Part shown: in pieces, positions 19,313 through 30,412 of the stretch
Layout: every line of letters begins with the position of its first letter
Numbering within the stretch: the first letter of the stretch is position 1
Source: Rhizomicrobium sp.
GTDB taxonomy: Bacteria > Pseudomonadota > Alphaproteobacteria > Micropepsales > Micropepsaceae
NCBI GenBank assembly: GCA_036269195.1
Contig: DATASO010000016.1
Location: 23,112 to 87,111, forward strand
Direction of reading: 5' to 3'
DNA: 64,000 bases
Notes under the pieces: generated by a model
Told to the model about the DNA's origin: nothing
Databases searched by the model: none
What the model saw: the letters and a program-made list of their open reading frames with translations, nothing else
Translations under genes and position numbers: made by a program

Positions 19313-19995
19313 CGCTCGCGCTCGCGTTCACCGAACAGCGCGGAGCCGACGCGAACATGCGTAGCGCCAAATTTGATGGCGGTCTCGAAATCGTCGCTCA
19401 TTCCCATGCTGAGACGCGGAAGGCCGGTCTCGGATGCAAGCTTCCGCAACAAGGCGAAATGGGGTGCCGGCGGTTCATCTGCGGGCGGAATGCACATCAA
19501 GCCCTTTACCGGCAACACCAGTTCATCGCGGCAGTACGCTATCAATTCGTGCGCGTCCTGTGGTGCAATGCCGGCCTTCTGCGGTTCTTCGCCGGTGTTC
19601 ACCTGGATGAACAACAGCGGAGATCGACCGCTGCGCGAAATCTCCGCTTTGAGGGCGTCAGCGAGTTTGCGGCGGTCGAGGCTATGAATGGCATCGAACA
19701 GCTCCAGCGCTTCTCGTACCTTGTTGGTCTGTAACGGACCGATGAGGTGCAGCTGAACGTCGGGGTATGCGGCCCGGAGCTCCGGCCATTTCGCCTTGGC
19801 CTCCTGCACGCGGCTTTCGCCGAACATGCGATGCCCAGCTTCAAGCAGCGGTCTAATCCGCTCCACCGGGTGCATCTTCGAAACTGCGATGAGCGTGGTA
19901 GAAGGAGCAGGCTGAATTGCTGCCGTGCGCGCTTTTTCAATGCGTGCGCGAATATCGGCCAGCGCGGCTGCGGGAGAAGGTTGCTCGGAGATCAT
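19309..19995 (-). CDS. yggS: YggS family pyridoxal-phosphate homeostasis protein
   Basis: 'LIAVSKMHP', 'HLIGPLQTNK' and 'LSMGMSDDFETAI' motifs. Start set at ATG 19995. Confidence 0.9.
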   Translation of the reverse strand: MISEQPSPAAALADIRARIEKARTAAIQPAPSTTLIAVSKMHPVERIRPLLEAGHRMFGESRVQEAKAKWPELRAAYPDVQLHLIGPLQTNKVREALELFDAIHSLDRRKLADALKAEISRSGRSPLLFIQVNTGEEPQKAGIAPQDAHELIAYCRDELVLPVKGLMCIPPADEPPAPHFALLRKLASETGLPRLSMGMSDDFETAIKFGATHVRVGSALFGERERER

Positions 19996-20608
19996 GTCGA
20001 AAACACTTGCGAGAGCGAAACTAGCAAGAGCGGCGATCACGCTCAATGAACGCGCCGGATGTGGATTGCCCCCGCTTGTGCTAATGACCGACGACGAACG
20101 GCTTCCGGATCCGCTTGCGGCCGCCCGCGCACTGCCGCGGGGCAGCATGGTGATCGTGCGTTCCCGGCAGGCTTCGCATCGCGGCAAGCTTGCCCATACT
20201 CTGCGGCCCATCGTTCGCGCGCGTGGGCTGATTCTGCTGGTGGCCAACGATCCGGGTTTGGCCGATCGGGTGGGCGCGAATGGACTGCATTTGTCCGAAG
20301 CGAACTTGCGCCAGGCTTCGACGTGGCGCGCGCGAAGGCCGCGCTGGCTAATTACGATCGCCGCGCACTCCTTTTCGGCTTGCGGAATGATCAGCCGCAC
20401 TGGCGCTAATGCTGCTTTTCTGTCGCCTGTGTTCGCGACCTCCAGTCATTCGGGCACACTTCCCCTCGATGCGGTGCGGGCCCGCACAATCGCCCGGCAG
20501 GCCACCCTGCCGGTTTATCCGCTCGGCGGAGTGAACGGGCAGACCGCGATGAAGCTGGCTGGCGCGTCCTTCGCCGGCCTTGCGGCCATCGGCGCCTTGG
20601 CCATCTGA
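19994..20608 (+). CDS. thiamine phosphate synthase family (ThiE-like) protein
   Basis: 'LPPLVLMTDDER', 'GANGLHL' and 'PVYPLGGV' resemble TMP-TENI family proteins. The start is uncertain: ATG 19994, or upstream at 19925/19940. Confidence 0.65.
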   Translation: MSKTLARAKLARAAITLNERAGCGLPPLVLMTDDERLPDPLAAARALPRGSMVIVRSRQASHRGKLAHTLRPIVRARGLILLVANDPGLADRVGANGLHLSEANLRQASTWRARRPRWLITIAAHSFSACGMISRTGANAAFLSPVFATSSHSGTLPLDAVRARTIARQATLPVYPLGGVNGQTAMKLAGASFAGLAAIGALAI

Positions 20609-20698
20609 GGTAAGTGGTTATCCCCGTTTGTCATTTGGTCGCGGAGCGTTGCGCCTCGGCAACGCCGTCAGTATAAGCGCCGGTCGCGGGAAAGCGGC

Positions 20699-21169
20699 AT
20701 GGCTGGGAGACTGATTTCGATGCGGATTGCGGCTGCCCTACTCGCAACCCTTTTTCTGGCGTCCTGCGGTACGGATGACTCCGCTGACGTGGACGAAACC
20801 TCGTCGGGCTCAACGGCGATCACCTCCTCCAGCGGCGGTCACATCGCGTTGGGGGTAAACTCCTATCTCTGGCACGCCAGCCTCGACACGCTGTCCTTCA
20901 TGCCGTTGCATTCCGCCGATCCCTTCGGGGGCACCATCATTACGGATTGGTATTCTGCGCCGTCCGCGCCGAACGAGCGGATGCGGGTAACGGTTTACAT
21001 CCTGGACCGCCGGCTGCGGGCGGATGGCTTGAAGGTGACGGTCTTCCGGCAATCGCAGACACCGCAGGGCTGGGTGGATGGCGCCGTTAATCCGGCAACC
21101 GCCGTCAAGCTGGAAGACGCCATCCTTACGCGCGCTCGCGAGCTCAGGCTGGCGAGCGGTGGAAGTTAA
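20699..21169 (+). CDS. DUF3576-type lipoprotein
   Basis: Lipobox 'LFLASCG'. Lies immediately upstream of leuS, as in many Rhizobiales. Alternative start ATG 20720. Confidence 0.7.
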   Translation: MAGRLISMRIAAALLATLFLASCGTDDSADVDETSSGSTAITSSSGGHIALGVNSYLWHASLDTLSFMPLHSADPFGGTIITDWYSAPSAPNERMRVTVYILDRRLRADGLKVTVFRQSQTPQGWVDGAVNPATAVKLEDAILTRARELRLASGGS

Positions 21170-21251
21170 GCCGGACGCGCGCTAAAGCCTGTTCACGCTG
21201 CGGGCTTCGGAAGCGCGAAGTCCTCGGACGGCGTGAAGGGATTCTCGGGAA

Positions 21252-23798
21252 ATGGCGCGCTACAACGCCACAGAATCGGAACAACACTGGCAGGCCGTCT
21301 GGGATGAGCGGCAATGCTTCGTCACGTCGAACGATTCGGCGCGGCCCAAATGCTACGTGCTCGAGATGTTTCCTTACCCATCGGGGCGCATCCACATGGG
21401 GCATGTGCGCAACTACACGATGGGCGATGTGCTGGCCCGCTTCCGCCGGGCGCAGGGCTACAACGTGCTCCATCCCATGGGCTGGGACGCTTTCGGCCTG
21501 CCGGCAGAGAACGCGGCGCGCGAAAAGGGCGTCAACCCTCGCGACTGGACCTACGCCAACATCGACGCCATGCGGGCGCAGCTGAAGCAGATGGGGCTCG
21601 CTATCGATTGGACGCGTGAATTCGCCACCTGCGATCCGGATTACTACAAGCACCAGCAGCGGCTGTTCATCGAATTCTACAAAGCTGGCTTGGTGTACCG
21701 CGCCGAAGCGGACGTGAATTGGGATCCGGTGGATCACACGGTGCTGGCGAACGAGCAGGTGATCGATGGCCGGGGCTGGCGCTCCGGCGCGCCGGTAGAG
21801 CGGCGCAAGCTGTCGCAATGGTTCTTCAAGATCACCGCGTACACGGATGAATTGCTAAATGCACTGGACCGACTGGATCGCTGGCCGGACAAAGTGCGGC
21901 TGATGCAGAAGAACTGGATCGGCCGCTCGGAAGGCTTGCGGTTCTCGTTCAATCTCTCGAACGGCGAAACCGTGGATGTGTTCTCCACCCGGCCGGACAC
22001 CTTGTTCGGCGCGAGTTTCGTCGCGCTGTCACCCGATCACCCGCTTGCCGAGCGTCTGGCGAAGCACGATGCAAAGCTTGCGGAATTCGTCGCCGAATGC
22101 GGCCGCGTTGGCACAGCGGAAGAGGCGATCGAGACCGCTGAAAAGATGGGCTATGACACTGGCCTGACCGCAACGCATCCATTCGATGCCGATTGGCAGC
22201 TGCCGGTGTATGTCGCGAATTTCGTGCTGATGGCCTATGGCACCGGCGCGATTTTTGGCTGCCCCGCGCACGATCAGCGCGATCTGGAATTCGCCCGCAA
22301 ATATGGTCTGCCAGTTTTGCCAGTAGTTGTTCCGGAAAGCGCCGATCCGAAGACGTTCGAAATCGGCAAGGAGGCATATGTCGGGCCGCGCCGGCTCGCC
22401 AATTCGCGCTTCCTCGACGGCATGGATGTCGAAAGCGCGAAGAACGAGGTTGCGAAGCGGCTGGAAGCGCAAGGCAAAGCCGAACGTACGGTGCATTACC
22501 GCCTGCGTGACTGGTTGGTGTCGCGGCAGCGGCCGTGGGGCTGTCCGATCCCGATGATCCGCTGTGGTAAGTGCGGACTCGTGCCGGTGAAGGAGTCCGA
22601 TCTTCCTGTGCTGTTGCCGGATGAATTGCAGTTCAAAGGCGCGGGCAATCCGCTCGATTCCCACCCCACATGGAAGCATGTCGCGTGCCCGCAATGCGAC
22701 GGCGCAGCGGAGCGCGAAACGGACACCTGCGACACCTTCGTGGACTCGTCCTGGTATTTCGCGCGCTTCTGCGACACGCGCGCCGATGGCCCGGTGAGCC
22801 GGAAGGCCGCGGATTACTGGCTGCCGGTGGATCAATATATTGGCGGGATCGAGCACGCGATTTTGCATCTGCTGTATGCACGCTTCTTTACGCGCGGCCT
22901 GCATCGTCTCGGCTACACCGATGTCGATGAACCGTTCGCCGGGTTGTTCACGCAAGGCATGGTTTGCCACGAGACCTACAAGACGGCGGCCGGCGAGTGG
23001 GTCGAGCCTGTCGATGTGCACAAGCGTGGCGGTCATGCCTTTCTGAACGGCACAGATACCGAAGTGGCCGTTGGCCACTCGGAAAAAATGTCGAAATCGA
23101 AGAAGAACGTGATCGCCCCCGAAACCATCATCGATCAATACGGCGCCGATACCATCCGCTGGTTCATGTTGTCGGACACGCCGCCGGAGCGCGATGTCGA
23201 CTGGAGCGCGGAAGGCGCGGAAACCTGCTGGAAATTCGCGCAACGCATCTGGCGGCTGGTGGAGGAGGCGAAGGATTTGCCGCCGCCGCGCACGCCGGTT
23301 GGCAATGTTGAAGGCGCTGCGCTGGAACTGCGGCGCGCCACGCACCGTGCCATCGCTGCTGTCACGGACGATCTGGAGAATTTGCGTTTCAATCGCGCGG
23401 TGGCGCAGATTTATACCCTCACAAATACGATCAGCGCTGCGGATGCCTCCATTCCCGGCGCGATTCGGCGGAAAGCGCTGGAGACGCTGGTACTTCTGAT
23501 CGGCCCGATGATGCCGCATCTGGCGGAAAGCGGCTGGCAGGCGCTGGGACATGACGCGCTGGTCGTGGATGAAAGTTGGCCAAAAGCCGATCCGGATTTG
23601 GTAAGGTCGGACTCGATTACCATTGCCGTGCAAGTCAATGGCAAATTGCGCGGCACGATGGAAATTGCGCGCGGGATGGAGAAGCCGCTGGTGGAAGCTG
23701 CCGCGCTGGCGCTCGAGCCGGTTTCACGTGCGTTGGAAGGAAAGGCGCCAAAACGCGTGATCGTGGTTCCCGACCGTATTGTGAACATCGTGGCATGA
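21252..23798 (+). CDS. leuS: leucine--tRNA ligase
   Basis: 848 aa with HIGH region '[15 protein letters not shown]' and KMSKS 'EKMSKSKKN'. Confidence 0.97.
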   Translation: MARYNATESEQHWQAVWDERQCFVTSNDSARPKCYVLEMFPYPSGRIHMGHVRNYTMGDVLARFRRAQGYNVLHPMGWDAFGLPAENAAREKGVNPRDWTYANIDAMRAQLKQMGLAIDWTREFATCDPDYYKHQQRLFIEFYKAGLVYRAEADVNWDPVDHTVLANEQVIDGRGWRSGAPVERRKLSQWFFKITAYTDELLNALDRLDRWPDKVRLMQKNWIGRSEGLRFSFNLSNGETVDVFSTRPDTLFGASFVALSPDHPLAERLAKHDAKLAEFVAECGRVGTAEEAIETAEKMGYDTGLTATHPFDADWQLPVYVANFVLMAYGTGAIFGCPAHDQRDLEFARKYGLPVLPVVVPESADPKTFEIGKEAYVGPRRLANSRFLDGMDVESAKNEVAKRLEAQGKAERTVHYRLRDWLVSRQRPWGCPIPMIRCGKCGLVPVKESDLPVLLPDELQFKGAGNPLDSHPTWKHVACPQCDGAAERETDTCDTFVDSSWYFARFCDTRADGPVSRKAADYWLPVDQYIGGIEHAILHLLYARFFTRGLHRLGYTDVDEPFAGLFTQGMVCHETYKTAAGEWVEPVDVHKRGGHAFLNGTDTEVAVGHSEKMSKSKKNVIAPETIIDQYGADTIRWFMLSDTPPERDVDWSAEGAETCWKFAQRIWRLVEEAKDLPPPRTPVGNVEGAALELRRATHRAIAAVTDDLENLRFNRAVAQIYTLTNTISAADASIPGAIRRKALETLVLLIGPMMPHLAESGWQALGHDALVVDESWPKADPDLVRSDSITIAVQVNGKLRGTMEIARGMEKPLVEAAALALEPVSRALEGKAPKRVIVVPDRIVNIVA

Positions 23799-24385
23799 TC
23801 CAGAAATCGGAATTCAGAATTCAGAAGCCGGAGAGCCGGGGCATTCTGACTTCGGGCTTCCGACTTCTGGCTGCTGCGCTCGCCGTCATCGCGACGAGCG
23901 CGTGCGGCTTTCATCCGCTCTATGGCGAAATTGGCGGCAAGCCCGGCTCGCAGGCGCGGTTCGCCAACGTGTATGTGCCGCCCATTCAACTGGAAACGGC
24001 GGGATACGAACTGCGCAACGATCTGCTCGATCTGATGCAGGCGAAGGACACGCCGCAAGGCGCGCTTTACGATCTCAAGGTGGAGTTGCGCGACCGCAAC
24101 CAGGCCATCGCCATCCAGAACGAGACGGCGCCCAATGGTGTGAAGGAAGTTGAGCTCACGCGCTTCAACTACACCTTGATAGCCGATTACCAACTGATCG
24201 ATCGCAAGACCCAGAAGGTTCTCACCAGGGGGACGGAAAGCTCGCTTTCCTCTTATGACGTGGTGCCGTCGCCCTATTCCACTTTGGTGGCACAGAAAGA
24301 CGCGCAAAGCAAAACGGCAGACGATATCGCCCACCAGCTGCAACTCCGCCTGGCCGTCTACTTCGTGCAGAACCCACCGAAATGA
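23795..24385 (+). CDS. lptE: LPS-assembly lipoprotein LptE
   Basis: Lipobox 'ATSACG'. Conserved leuS-lptE-holA order. ATGA overlap with the leuS stop. Confidence 0.72.
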   Translation: MIQKSEFRIQKPESRGILTSGFRLLAAALAVIATSACGFHPLYGEIGGKPGSQARFANVYVPPIQLETAGYELRNDLLDLMQAKDTPQGALYDLKVELRDRNQAIAIQNETAPNGVKEVELTRFNYTLIADYQLIDRKTQKVLTRGTESSLSSYDVVPSPYSTLVAQKDAQSKTADDIAHQLQLRLAVYFVQNPPK

Positions 24386-25404
24386 TCGTAAAATCGGCGG
24401 ATGCCGATCGCTTCATCGGCCGTGTTCCCAAAGGCCTGATTGCCGCTTTGGTCTTCGGTCCGGATCAGGGTCTGGTCCGCGAACGCGCGGAAGCGTTGGC
24501 AAAATCCGTCGTGCCAGATTTGAACGATCCATTCCGCGTGGCGGAACTGGACGATGCGGCATTGTCCGCGGACAACGCCCGCTTGTCTGATGAAGCGGCT
24601 GCCATCTCCATGCTCGGCGGACGCCGCGTGGTGCGCGTGCGCAGCGCGGGCAATTCGCTGGCCAAATTGTTCGAGATCTTTCTCGAGGATCCCAAAGGCG
24701 ATTCGCTGGTCGTGGTGGAAGGCGGCGATCTCGCCAAAAGCTCAAGCCTCCGGAAGACGTTCGAAGAGGCGGACAATGCTGCCGCCATTCAGTGCTACGC
24801 AGATTCCGCGCAGAGCCTCGCGGGTGTGGTGCGCAACGTGCTGAAGGAGCAAGGACTGACGATCGGCGCCGAAGCGCTGGATGACGCCGTTTCCCGGCTG
24901 GGCTCAGATCGCGGCATAACCCGCCGGGAGCTGGAAAAACTCGCGCTCTATGCGAAAGGAAAATCCCACGTTGAACTGGATGATGTACGCGCGGTGATAG
25001 GCGATGAGACCGAAGCACGCGTCGAGGAAGCATGCGATGCGGCAGGGGAGGGCGATCTGAAGCGCCTCGACATCGCGCTGGAGCGGCTGCGCGCGGATGA
25101 CATGTCGGCCGTCGCCATCGTCCGGCTTGCCCTGATGCATTTCCAAAAGCTGCTGCAGGCAAAAGCGGAAACCGCGCGGGGCAACTCCGTCGATACCGCC
25201 ATGCGCAAGATGCGGCCGCCCATTCATTTCACCCGCGCTTCTTCCTTCAAGGCACAACTTTCGCGCTGGAGTGAAGAGAAATTGAGCGATGCTCTGGACC
25301 TGCTTTTCGAAACCGAAGCGCTGTGCAAGACCACCGGCATTCCCGCCGAAGCCGTCACCAGCCGGGCGCTGTTCACCGTTGCCGCGATGGCGCGGGCGCG
25401 CTGA
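24382..25404 (+). CDS. holA: DNA polymerase III subunit delta
   Basis: 340 aa. Position after lptE plus delta-subunit-like N-terminal and C-terminal helical domains. Confidence 0.85.
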   Translation: MIVKSADADRFIGRVPKGLIAALVFGPDQGLVRERAEALAKSVVPDLNDPFRVAELDDAALSADNARLSDEAAAISMLGGRRVVRVRSAGNSLAKLFEIFLEDPKGDSLVVVEGGDLAKSSSLRKTFEEADNAAAIQCYADSAQSLAGVVRNVLKEQGLTIGAEALDDAVSRLGSDRGITRRELEKLALYAKGKSHVELDDVRAVIGDETEARVEEACDAAGEGDLKRLDIALERLRADDMSAVAIVRLALMHFQKLLQAKAETARGNSVDTAMRKMRPPIHFTRASSFKAQLSRWSEEKLSDALDLLFETEALCKTTGIPAEAVTSRALFTVAAMARAR

Positions 25405-25413
25405 CTCACAGCG

Positions 25414-26175
25414 CTAGCGCGTTGCCACCACGAACAAGCGCTGGAAAGGAAACAATGTCTTGCCATCGACGCGCCGCGGATACGCCTCCCGCAATTGCGC
25501 GCGATATTGCGCGATAAAGGCTTCGCGCGCTTTTTCATCTAGTGGCTGCACGAAGGGCCGCAAACCGGTCCCGCTGACCCAGGCGAGCACCGGATCGGCG
25601 CCCTCCAGAACCTGAAGATAGATCGTCTCCCAGATATCGAGCGATGTGGAGAGCGGCGCGAGGATATCGAAGTAAACCTCCGGTGGGAGCACGTTGCGCA
25701 GCTTGGCATCGGCGAGTTTCGCCGCCCAGGGACCGGCATTCGCCACTTCGCGCATCAATGCATGCGAGGGGGCGTCGAAATTTCGCGGCACCTGAAAGGC
25801 GAGCACGCCGCCTTTGGCGACATTCTCCATCAGCCGCGGCAGCAACGCGCGGTGATCCGGTATCCATTGGAACACGGCATTCGAGAAGACCACGTCGTAT
25901 TGGGCGGCAGGCGCCCACGATTGCACGTCACCTTGCATCCACGCCGCGCGAAGCCCGGAGGCACGCGCCTTCGCCAGCATTTCCGGGGATGATTCGAGTC
26001 CTTCGATTTGTGCGTCCGGCCACCGCGCCGCCAGCAAGCCGGTGGAATTTCCCGGCCCGCACCCCAGATCGATCACCCGCGATGGCGCACGCAAAGGCAC
26101 GCGCTCCAGCAGCTCGATGGCGGGCCGTGTCCGCTCGGTGGCGAATTTCAGGTAAACCTCCGGATCCCAGCTCAT
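25414..26175 (-). CDS. tam: trans-aconitate 2-methyltransferase
   Basis: '[23 protein letters not shown]' and 'VIDLGCGPGNST' match Tam. Confidence 0.88.
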   Translation of the reverse strand: MSWDPEVYLKFATERTRPAIELLERVPLRAPSRVIDLGCGPGNSTGLLAARWPDAQIEGLESSPEMLAKARASGLRAAWMQGDVQSWAPAAQYDVVFSNAVFQWIPDHRALLPRLMENVAKGGVLAFQVPRNFDAPSHALMREVANAGPWAAKLADAKLRNVLPPEVYFDILAPLSTSLDIWETIYLQVLEGADPVLAWVSGTGLRPFVQPLDEKAREAFIAQYRAQLREAYPRRVDGKTLFPFQRLFVVATR

Positions 26176-27623
26176 GCCGTCTCCCGGTCCGGAATTTCCA
26201 CCCGAAATGTTGTGCCTTGTGCCCCGGTATCGATCAGCGAAATGTCACCGCCATGCGCGCGCGCAAGCTCGCGCGAAATCACCAGGCCAAGCCCTGAGCC
26301 GCCGCTGCGGGCGGATCCCGCGAACGGCTGAAACAGGCGATCGCGCACTTTCTCCGGGATTCCTGGCCCGTTGTCTGAAACGTGAATCAGGACGCGCTTG
26401 CCGTTGCGCGATGCGGAAACCCGGATTTCCGCAGCGGCCGCGCCGTTCACGGCCTGCTCCGCATTGCGCACCAGATTGAGGACAATCCGGAACAATTGCT
26501 CCGGATCGGCATCCACCTGCAAATCCGGCGGCACTTCATCCCGAAGATGGATCGGATCTTCACCGGCGCGCTCGGCAAGCGCCGCTTCACCGGCATCATC
26601 GACAATGCCCTTCAAAGCCACGCGCCGGCGCTCCGGCGCATGTTCATCGGCGCGGCCATAGCGCAGGGTGTTGGTGGCGAGCGCCACGGCGTGATCGATG
26701 GCGCTGACCAGCCGCGGCGCCAGCCGCTTCACCGCTGGGTCTTCGCTGGAGGATAGCCGATCGGAGGCGAGTTGCGCGCTGGAGAGAATGTTCCGCAGAT
26801 CGTGCTGAATCTTGGCGACTGCCATTCCCAAAGCCGCCATCCGCGCGCGTTGCTGCAGCGAGCCGTAAAGCTCGCGTTGCATGGAAGCGAGCTCGCGTTC
26901 GGCGGTGCCGATCTCGTCGTGCCGTGCGGAAGGGGTAATAATCCGGCTTGCATCTTCCGGGTTGTCACGGAACGCGATCATCGCTCGGGTGATGCGGCCC
27001 ATCGGCCGCACCAGCACGAAATAGAGACTGAGGAACACGAGCACCGCCGTCACGGAGGAAAGCAGCAGCGCCAGCAGCGCCGTCCGGCCGGCATATTGCG
27101 CCAGCGCGGCATGGATCGACCTCTCGCCCAAGATGACATCTACGCCCAGCGCGCCTTTGATTTTGGTCGGCGCCATGATGCGCAAGGTGCGCGCGCCGCC
27201 ATGCATCAGGCAGTCAAGGCCGTACCAGATTTCCTTGAAGACATTGTCGTCGCGCAGATCGATGGTGAAGTCGATGCGGCGCTGTTCCTGCGTCACCAGA
27301 AACAGTTCGTGTTCTTCGGGCCGCCGCAGCACCACCGCGTTGGCATCCGCGCGCGCCAGCAATTGTTCCCGAAGCCCGGTGGAAAGTTTCTCACCGGCGG
27401 CTTCGGTCATCGGCAGAATGGCGATCTCTGCGGATTCCACATGGCTTTGCAGGAGGGCGTGGTGGTAGCGGCCGATGGTGGGCGCAAAAATCACGGCTTC
27501 CGTGATGAGCACGTAAAAGAGCGTCAGCAGCAGCAGGCGCCCGGAGAGGCTTTGCGCGACCAGTCTCCAGGCATTGCTCAGCTTGGCGCGCATCGAGCCC
27601 GACATCGGGGCGGCATAGAGCAT
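26172..27623 (-). CDS. sensor histidine kinase (no cognate regulator adjacent)
   Basis: N-terminal TM segments, HisKA H-box '[11 protein letters not shown]', and HATPase N/G boxes ('[11 protein letters not shown]', 'DNGPGIP', 'GGSGLGL'). Confidence 0.85.
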   Translation of the reverse strand: MLYAAPMSGSMRAKLSNAWRLVAQSLSGRLLLLTLFYVLITEAVIFAPTIGRYHHALLQSHVESAEIAILPMTEAAGEKLSTGLREQLLARADANAVVLRRPEEHELFLVTQEQRRIDFTIDLRDDNVFKEIWYGLDCLMHGGARTLRIMAPTKIKGALGVDVILGERSIHAALAQYAGRTALLALLLSSVTAVLVFLSLYFVLVRPMGRITRAMIAFRDNPEDASRIITPSARHDEIGTAERELASMQRELYGSLQQRARMAALGMAVAKIQHDLRNILSSAQLASDRLSSSEDPAVKRLAPRLVSAIDHAVALATNTLRYGRADEHAPERRRVALKGIVDDAGEAALAERAGEDPIHLRDEVPPDLQVDADPEQLFRIVLNLVRNAEQAVNGAAAAEIRVSASRNGKRVLIHVSDNGPGIPEKVRDRLFQPFAGSARSGGSGLGLVISRELARAHGGDISLIDTGAQGTTFRVEIPDRETA

Positions 27624-27723
27624 GATTGCGGGGCCGAATGAAGCGGCGGCCGCTATTGTGGATTTTCCATTGCCGGCAGGCTTGGGTCAGACCGGCGGAG
27701 GCCCATTGCAGCAGGGGTTCCGG

Positions 27724-27752
27724 TTGACAGAAAAACCGGCTCTCACTAGAAC
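27724..27752 (+). promoter_or_regulatory. putative sigma70-type promoter of the rpmH-rnpA-yidD-yidC-engB cluster
   Basis: TTGACA (27724-27729), a 17-nt spacer, then TAGAAC (27747-27752), about 40 nt upstream of the rpmH ATG. Confidence 0.35.
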
Positions 27753-27792
27753 CCGCGCTCCCCAAAAGGCCGGAACGGCAGGAGAATTCGTC

Positions 27793-27927
27793 ATGAAGCG
27801 CACCTATCAGCCGAGCCGGCTCGTACGGAAGCGCCGCCATGGCTTCCGCGCCCGCATGGCCACCGCCGGAGGCCGCAAAGTGCTAGCCCGCCGCCGTGCC
27901 CATGGCCGCAAGAAGCTGTCTGCCTGA
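27793..27927 (+). CDS. rpmH: 50S ribosomal protein L34
   Basis: '[24 protein letters not shown]' is canonical L34. Start set at ATG 27793. Confidence 0.96.
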   Translation: MKRTYQPSRLVRKRRHGFRARMATAGGRKVLARRRAHGRKKLSA

Positions 27928-27962
27928 CCTTAACGCCTGAAGCCGCCCCGAACCGGATCAAG

Positions 27963-28325
27963 ATGGAACGGCTGAAGCACCGGCCGGACTTCCTGCGCTG
28001 CGCCCGGACCTTCCGGCGCGCCATGCCGTCCGTCACTCTGGAAGCCGCGGCTACTCCAGCGCCTTTCGTGCGGCCGGAAACCCTGCGGGTCGGCTTCACC
28101 GCCTCGAAAAAGAGCGTCGGAGGTGCCGTCGAGCGCAACCGGGCCAAGCGGCGCCTCAGGGCGGCCGCCACCGCCCAGCTTCCCCTTTATGGGCTCGCAG
28201 CTCATGACTATGTTCTGGTGGCGCGGCCGGGTACGCTGACCCAGCCGTTCGCCTCGATCCTGGAGGACCTTGCCGTTTCGCTGAGGGCCGCGCGCGCGAA
28301 ACTCGCCCGAACGCCAGAGCCTTAG
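27963..28325 (+). CDS. rnpA: ribonuclease P protein component
   Basis: 120 aa with '[24 protein letters not shown]' (RNR motif). Follows rpmH. Confidence 0.9.
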   Translation: MERLKHRPDFLRCARTFRRAMPSVTLEAAATPAPFVRPETLRVGFTASKKSVGGAVERNRAKRRLRAAATAQLPLYGLAAHDYVLVARPGTLTQPFASILEDLAVSLRAARAKLARTPEP

Positions 28326-28326
28326 A

Positions 28327-28584
28327 TTGATGAGAGACCTTGTGCGCCGGGGAATGGTTCTTCTTCTCCTCGCGCCAATCCGGATTTACCGATGGTGTGT
28401 TTCGCCCCTGTTCCCGCCCGCCTGCCGCTTTGCGCCCAGCTGCTCCGAATATGCGATGGATGCACTCCAGCTACATGGTCCGGTGAGAGGGTTATGGCTT
28501 GCAGTGCGGCGCATTTTGCGCTGTCACCCCGTGAAATGGCTCGGCGGCGCGTCGGGCTTCGATCCCGTTCCTCCGCCCCGATGA
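28327..28584 (+). CDS. yidD: membrane protein insertion efficiency factor YidD
   Basis: '[11 protein letters not shown]' and 'RCHP' motifs. Start at TTG 28327 or ATG 28330. Confidence 0.9.
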   Translation: MMRDLVRRGMVLLLLAPIRIYRWCVSPLFPPACRFAPSCSEYAMDALQLHGPVRGLWLAVRRILRCHPVKWLGGASGFDPVPPPR

Positions 28585-28590
28585 AGGCCC

Positions 28591-30402
28591 ATGGATAACA
28601 ACCGCAATCTGATCCTCGCTATCCTGCTGTGCGCCGCCGCAATTTTTGGCTGGCAGTATTTCGTCGCCGGTCCGCAGATGGCGAAAGAGAAAGCGCATCA
28701 GGCGCTGCTCGCCAAGCAGAAGGGAGCGGAGGCGCAGAACAAGACTGCCGATCTGCCGAAAGCGGCCGGAGCAATCTCAAGACAGATTTCCCGCAGCGAG
28801 GCACTGGAGGCGGGCGGCCCGCGCGTGGCGATCGCCACGCCATCGGTGAACGGCTCGTTGCGGCTGAAAGGCGCCCGTTTCGACGATCTGCAACTGCGCA
28901 AATATCGCGAGACGCTGGATCCCAAGAGCCCGGAGATTGTGCTCTTCTCGCCCGAAAGCACGGCTTCTCCATATTACACGGTGTTCGGATGGGTGGCCGC
29001 ACCCGGTTCGAAGGTGAAGACGCCGGACGACAACACGCCGTGGACGCTTGTGAACGGTCACACACTGACGCCGGAAACGCCCATCATCCTGCGTTGGGAT
29101 AACGGGCAGGGACTGACCTTCACGCGCACCATTTCTGTCGACAGGCAGTACATGTTCATGGTCGCCGATACGGTGGCCAACCACGGGACCGGCGCTGCTG
29201 CCCTGTATCCTTATGCTTACGTCGCACGCACCGATGTGCCGAAAGGCACGCATTACATGGCGCTGCATGAGGGCTTTGTCGGCATCCTCAACGGCGATCT
29301 TCAGGATCCGAACTACACCGACCTGAAAGCGGAGAGCCCGCAACAGACATTCCATTCCACCGGCGGCTGGCTTGGAATGACCGACAAGTACTGGATGGCG
29401 GCGATCATCCCGCCGCAGAACGCACAAATCGACGGCATCTACCGCGTGCTCAACCCGGGCGACAAACCGGGTTATCAGGCCGACTACCGCCTGAACGTGC
29501 AGACCATCGCGCCGGGTGCAACGGTGCAGGTGACGCAGCGCCTTTTCGCCGGCGCCAAGGTGGTGACGACCCTGCGCGAATACGAAAGCCGGCTGCATAT
29601 TCCGCGCTTCGATTACGCCGTGGACTGGGGTTGGTTCTTTTTCTTCACCCGCCCGATGTTCCTGTTGCTCGACCTGTTCGGGCATTGGGCCGGCAATATG
29701 GGCATCGCCATTCTGCTGCTCACCATTGTGGTGCGGCTGCTGTTCTTCCCGCTGGCGAACACGCAGTTCAAAAGCATGAGCCGCATGAAGAAGCTGCAGC
29801 CGCATGTGGAGCGCATCCGCGAGCGTTTCGCAGAAGACAAAATGAAACAGCAGCAGGAGATGATGGAGCTGTACAAGCGGGAGAAGGTGAATCCGCTTTC
29901 GGGGTGTCTCCCCATCTTCATTCAGATTCCGGTGTTCTTCTCGCTCTACAAGGTGCTGCTGGTCAGCATCGAGATGCGGCAGGCGCCGTTCTTTGGCTGG
30001 ATTCACGATCTCTCCGCGCCGGACCCTACCTCCATCTGGAATTTGTTTGGACTTCTTCCGTGGTACACGCCCTCGTTCATTCCGGCGTTCCTGGTGATCG
30101 GCATCTGGCCGATTGTCATGGGCGGCACACAGTGGCTGCAGACGAAGATGAATCCGGCGCCGGCCGATCCGGTTCAGGCGCGCATGTTCTCCCTGATGCC
30201 GCTGATCTTTATGTTCATGCTGGCGAGCTTCCCGGCTGGCCTCGTGATCTACTGGACGTGGAGCAACCTGCTCTCGATGATCCAGCAATATGTGATTATG
30301 CGGCGCGAGGGCGCGGAAATTCACCTGTTCAACAATCTGAAGCTTGGCGGGCTGACGAAGCGGCTGGCGCCATCCAATCCGGGCACGGAACCGGGCGAAT
30401 AA
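28591..30402 (+). CDS. yidC: membrane protein insertase YidC
   Basis: 603 aa with a periplasmic P1 domain and the 60 kDa-IMP core ('GCLPIFIQIPVFFSLY'). Confidence 0.95.
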   Translation: MDNNRNLILAILLCAAAIFGWQYFVAGPQMAKEKAHQALLAKQKGAEAQNKTADLPKAAGAISRQISRSEALEAGGPRVAIATPSVNGSLRLKGARFDDLQLRKYRETLDPKSPEIVLFSPESTASPYYTVFGWVAAPGSKVKTPDDNTPWTLVNGHTLTPETPIILRWDNGQGLTFTRTISVDRQYMFMVADTVANHGTGAAALYPYAYVARTDVPKGTHYMALHEGFVGILNGDLQDPNYTDLKAESPQQTFHSTGGWLGMTDKYWMAAIIPPQNAQIDGIYRVLNPGDKPGYQADYRLNVQTIAPGATVQVTQRLFAGAKVVTTLREYESRLHIPRFDYAVDWGWFFFFTRPMFLLLDLFGHWAGNMGIAILLLTIVVRLLFFPLANTQFKSMSRMKKLQPHVERIRERFAEDKMKQQQEMMELYKREKVNPLSGCLPIFIQIPVFFSLYKVLLVSIEMRQAPFFGWIHDLSAPDPTSIWNLFGLLPWYTPSFIPAFLVIGIWPIVMGGTQWLQTKMNPAPADPVQARMFSLMPLIFMFMLASFPAGLVIYWTWSNLLSMIQQYVIMRREGAEIHLFNNLKLGGLTKRLAPSNPGTEPGE

Positions 30403-30412
30403 CGGCCGGGCG

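Noticed and set aside
19925-19996. Looked for a TPP riboswitch ahead of the ThiE-like gene.
   Set aside because: There is no leader at all, since the starts of the divergent genes overlap, and no conserved CUGAGA/ACCUGA-type TPP core was seen.
23801-23870. Tandem GAATTCAGAATTC (two EcoRI sites) and several overlapping inverted repeats just after the leuS stop.
   Set aside because: The region lies inside the only plausible N-terminal coding region of lptE, upstream of its lipobox. No alternative start exists downstream, so I treated it as coding sequence with incidental structure rather than a separate element.
27624-27792. Possible replication origin, because rpmH-rnpA-yidC is oriC-linked in many bacteria. 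A DnaA-box-like TGTGGATTT is present at ~27654-27662, and another near-consensus TTATCCACG at 35811-35819.
   Set aside because: There are only isolated single boxes, with no dnaA gene, no AT-rich unwinding element and no cluster of boxes. Alphaproteobacterial origins are usually near hemE, not rpmH.
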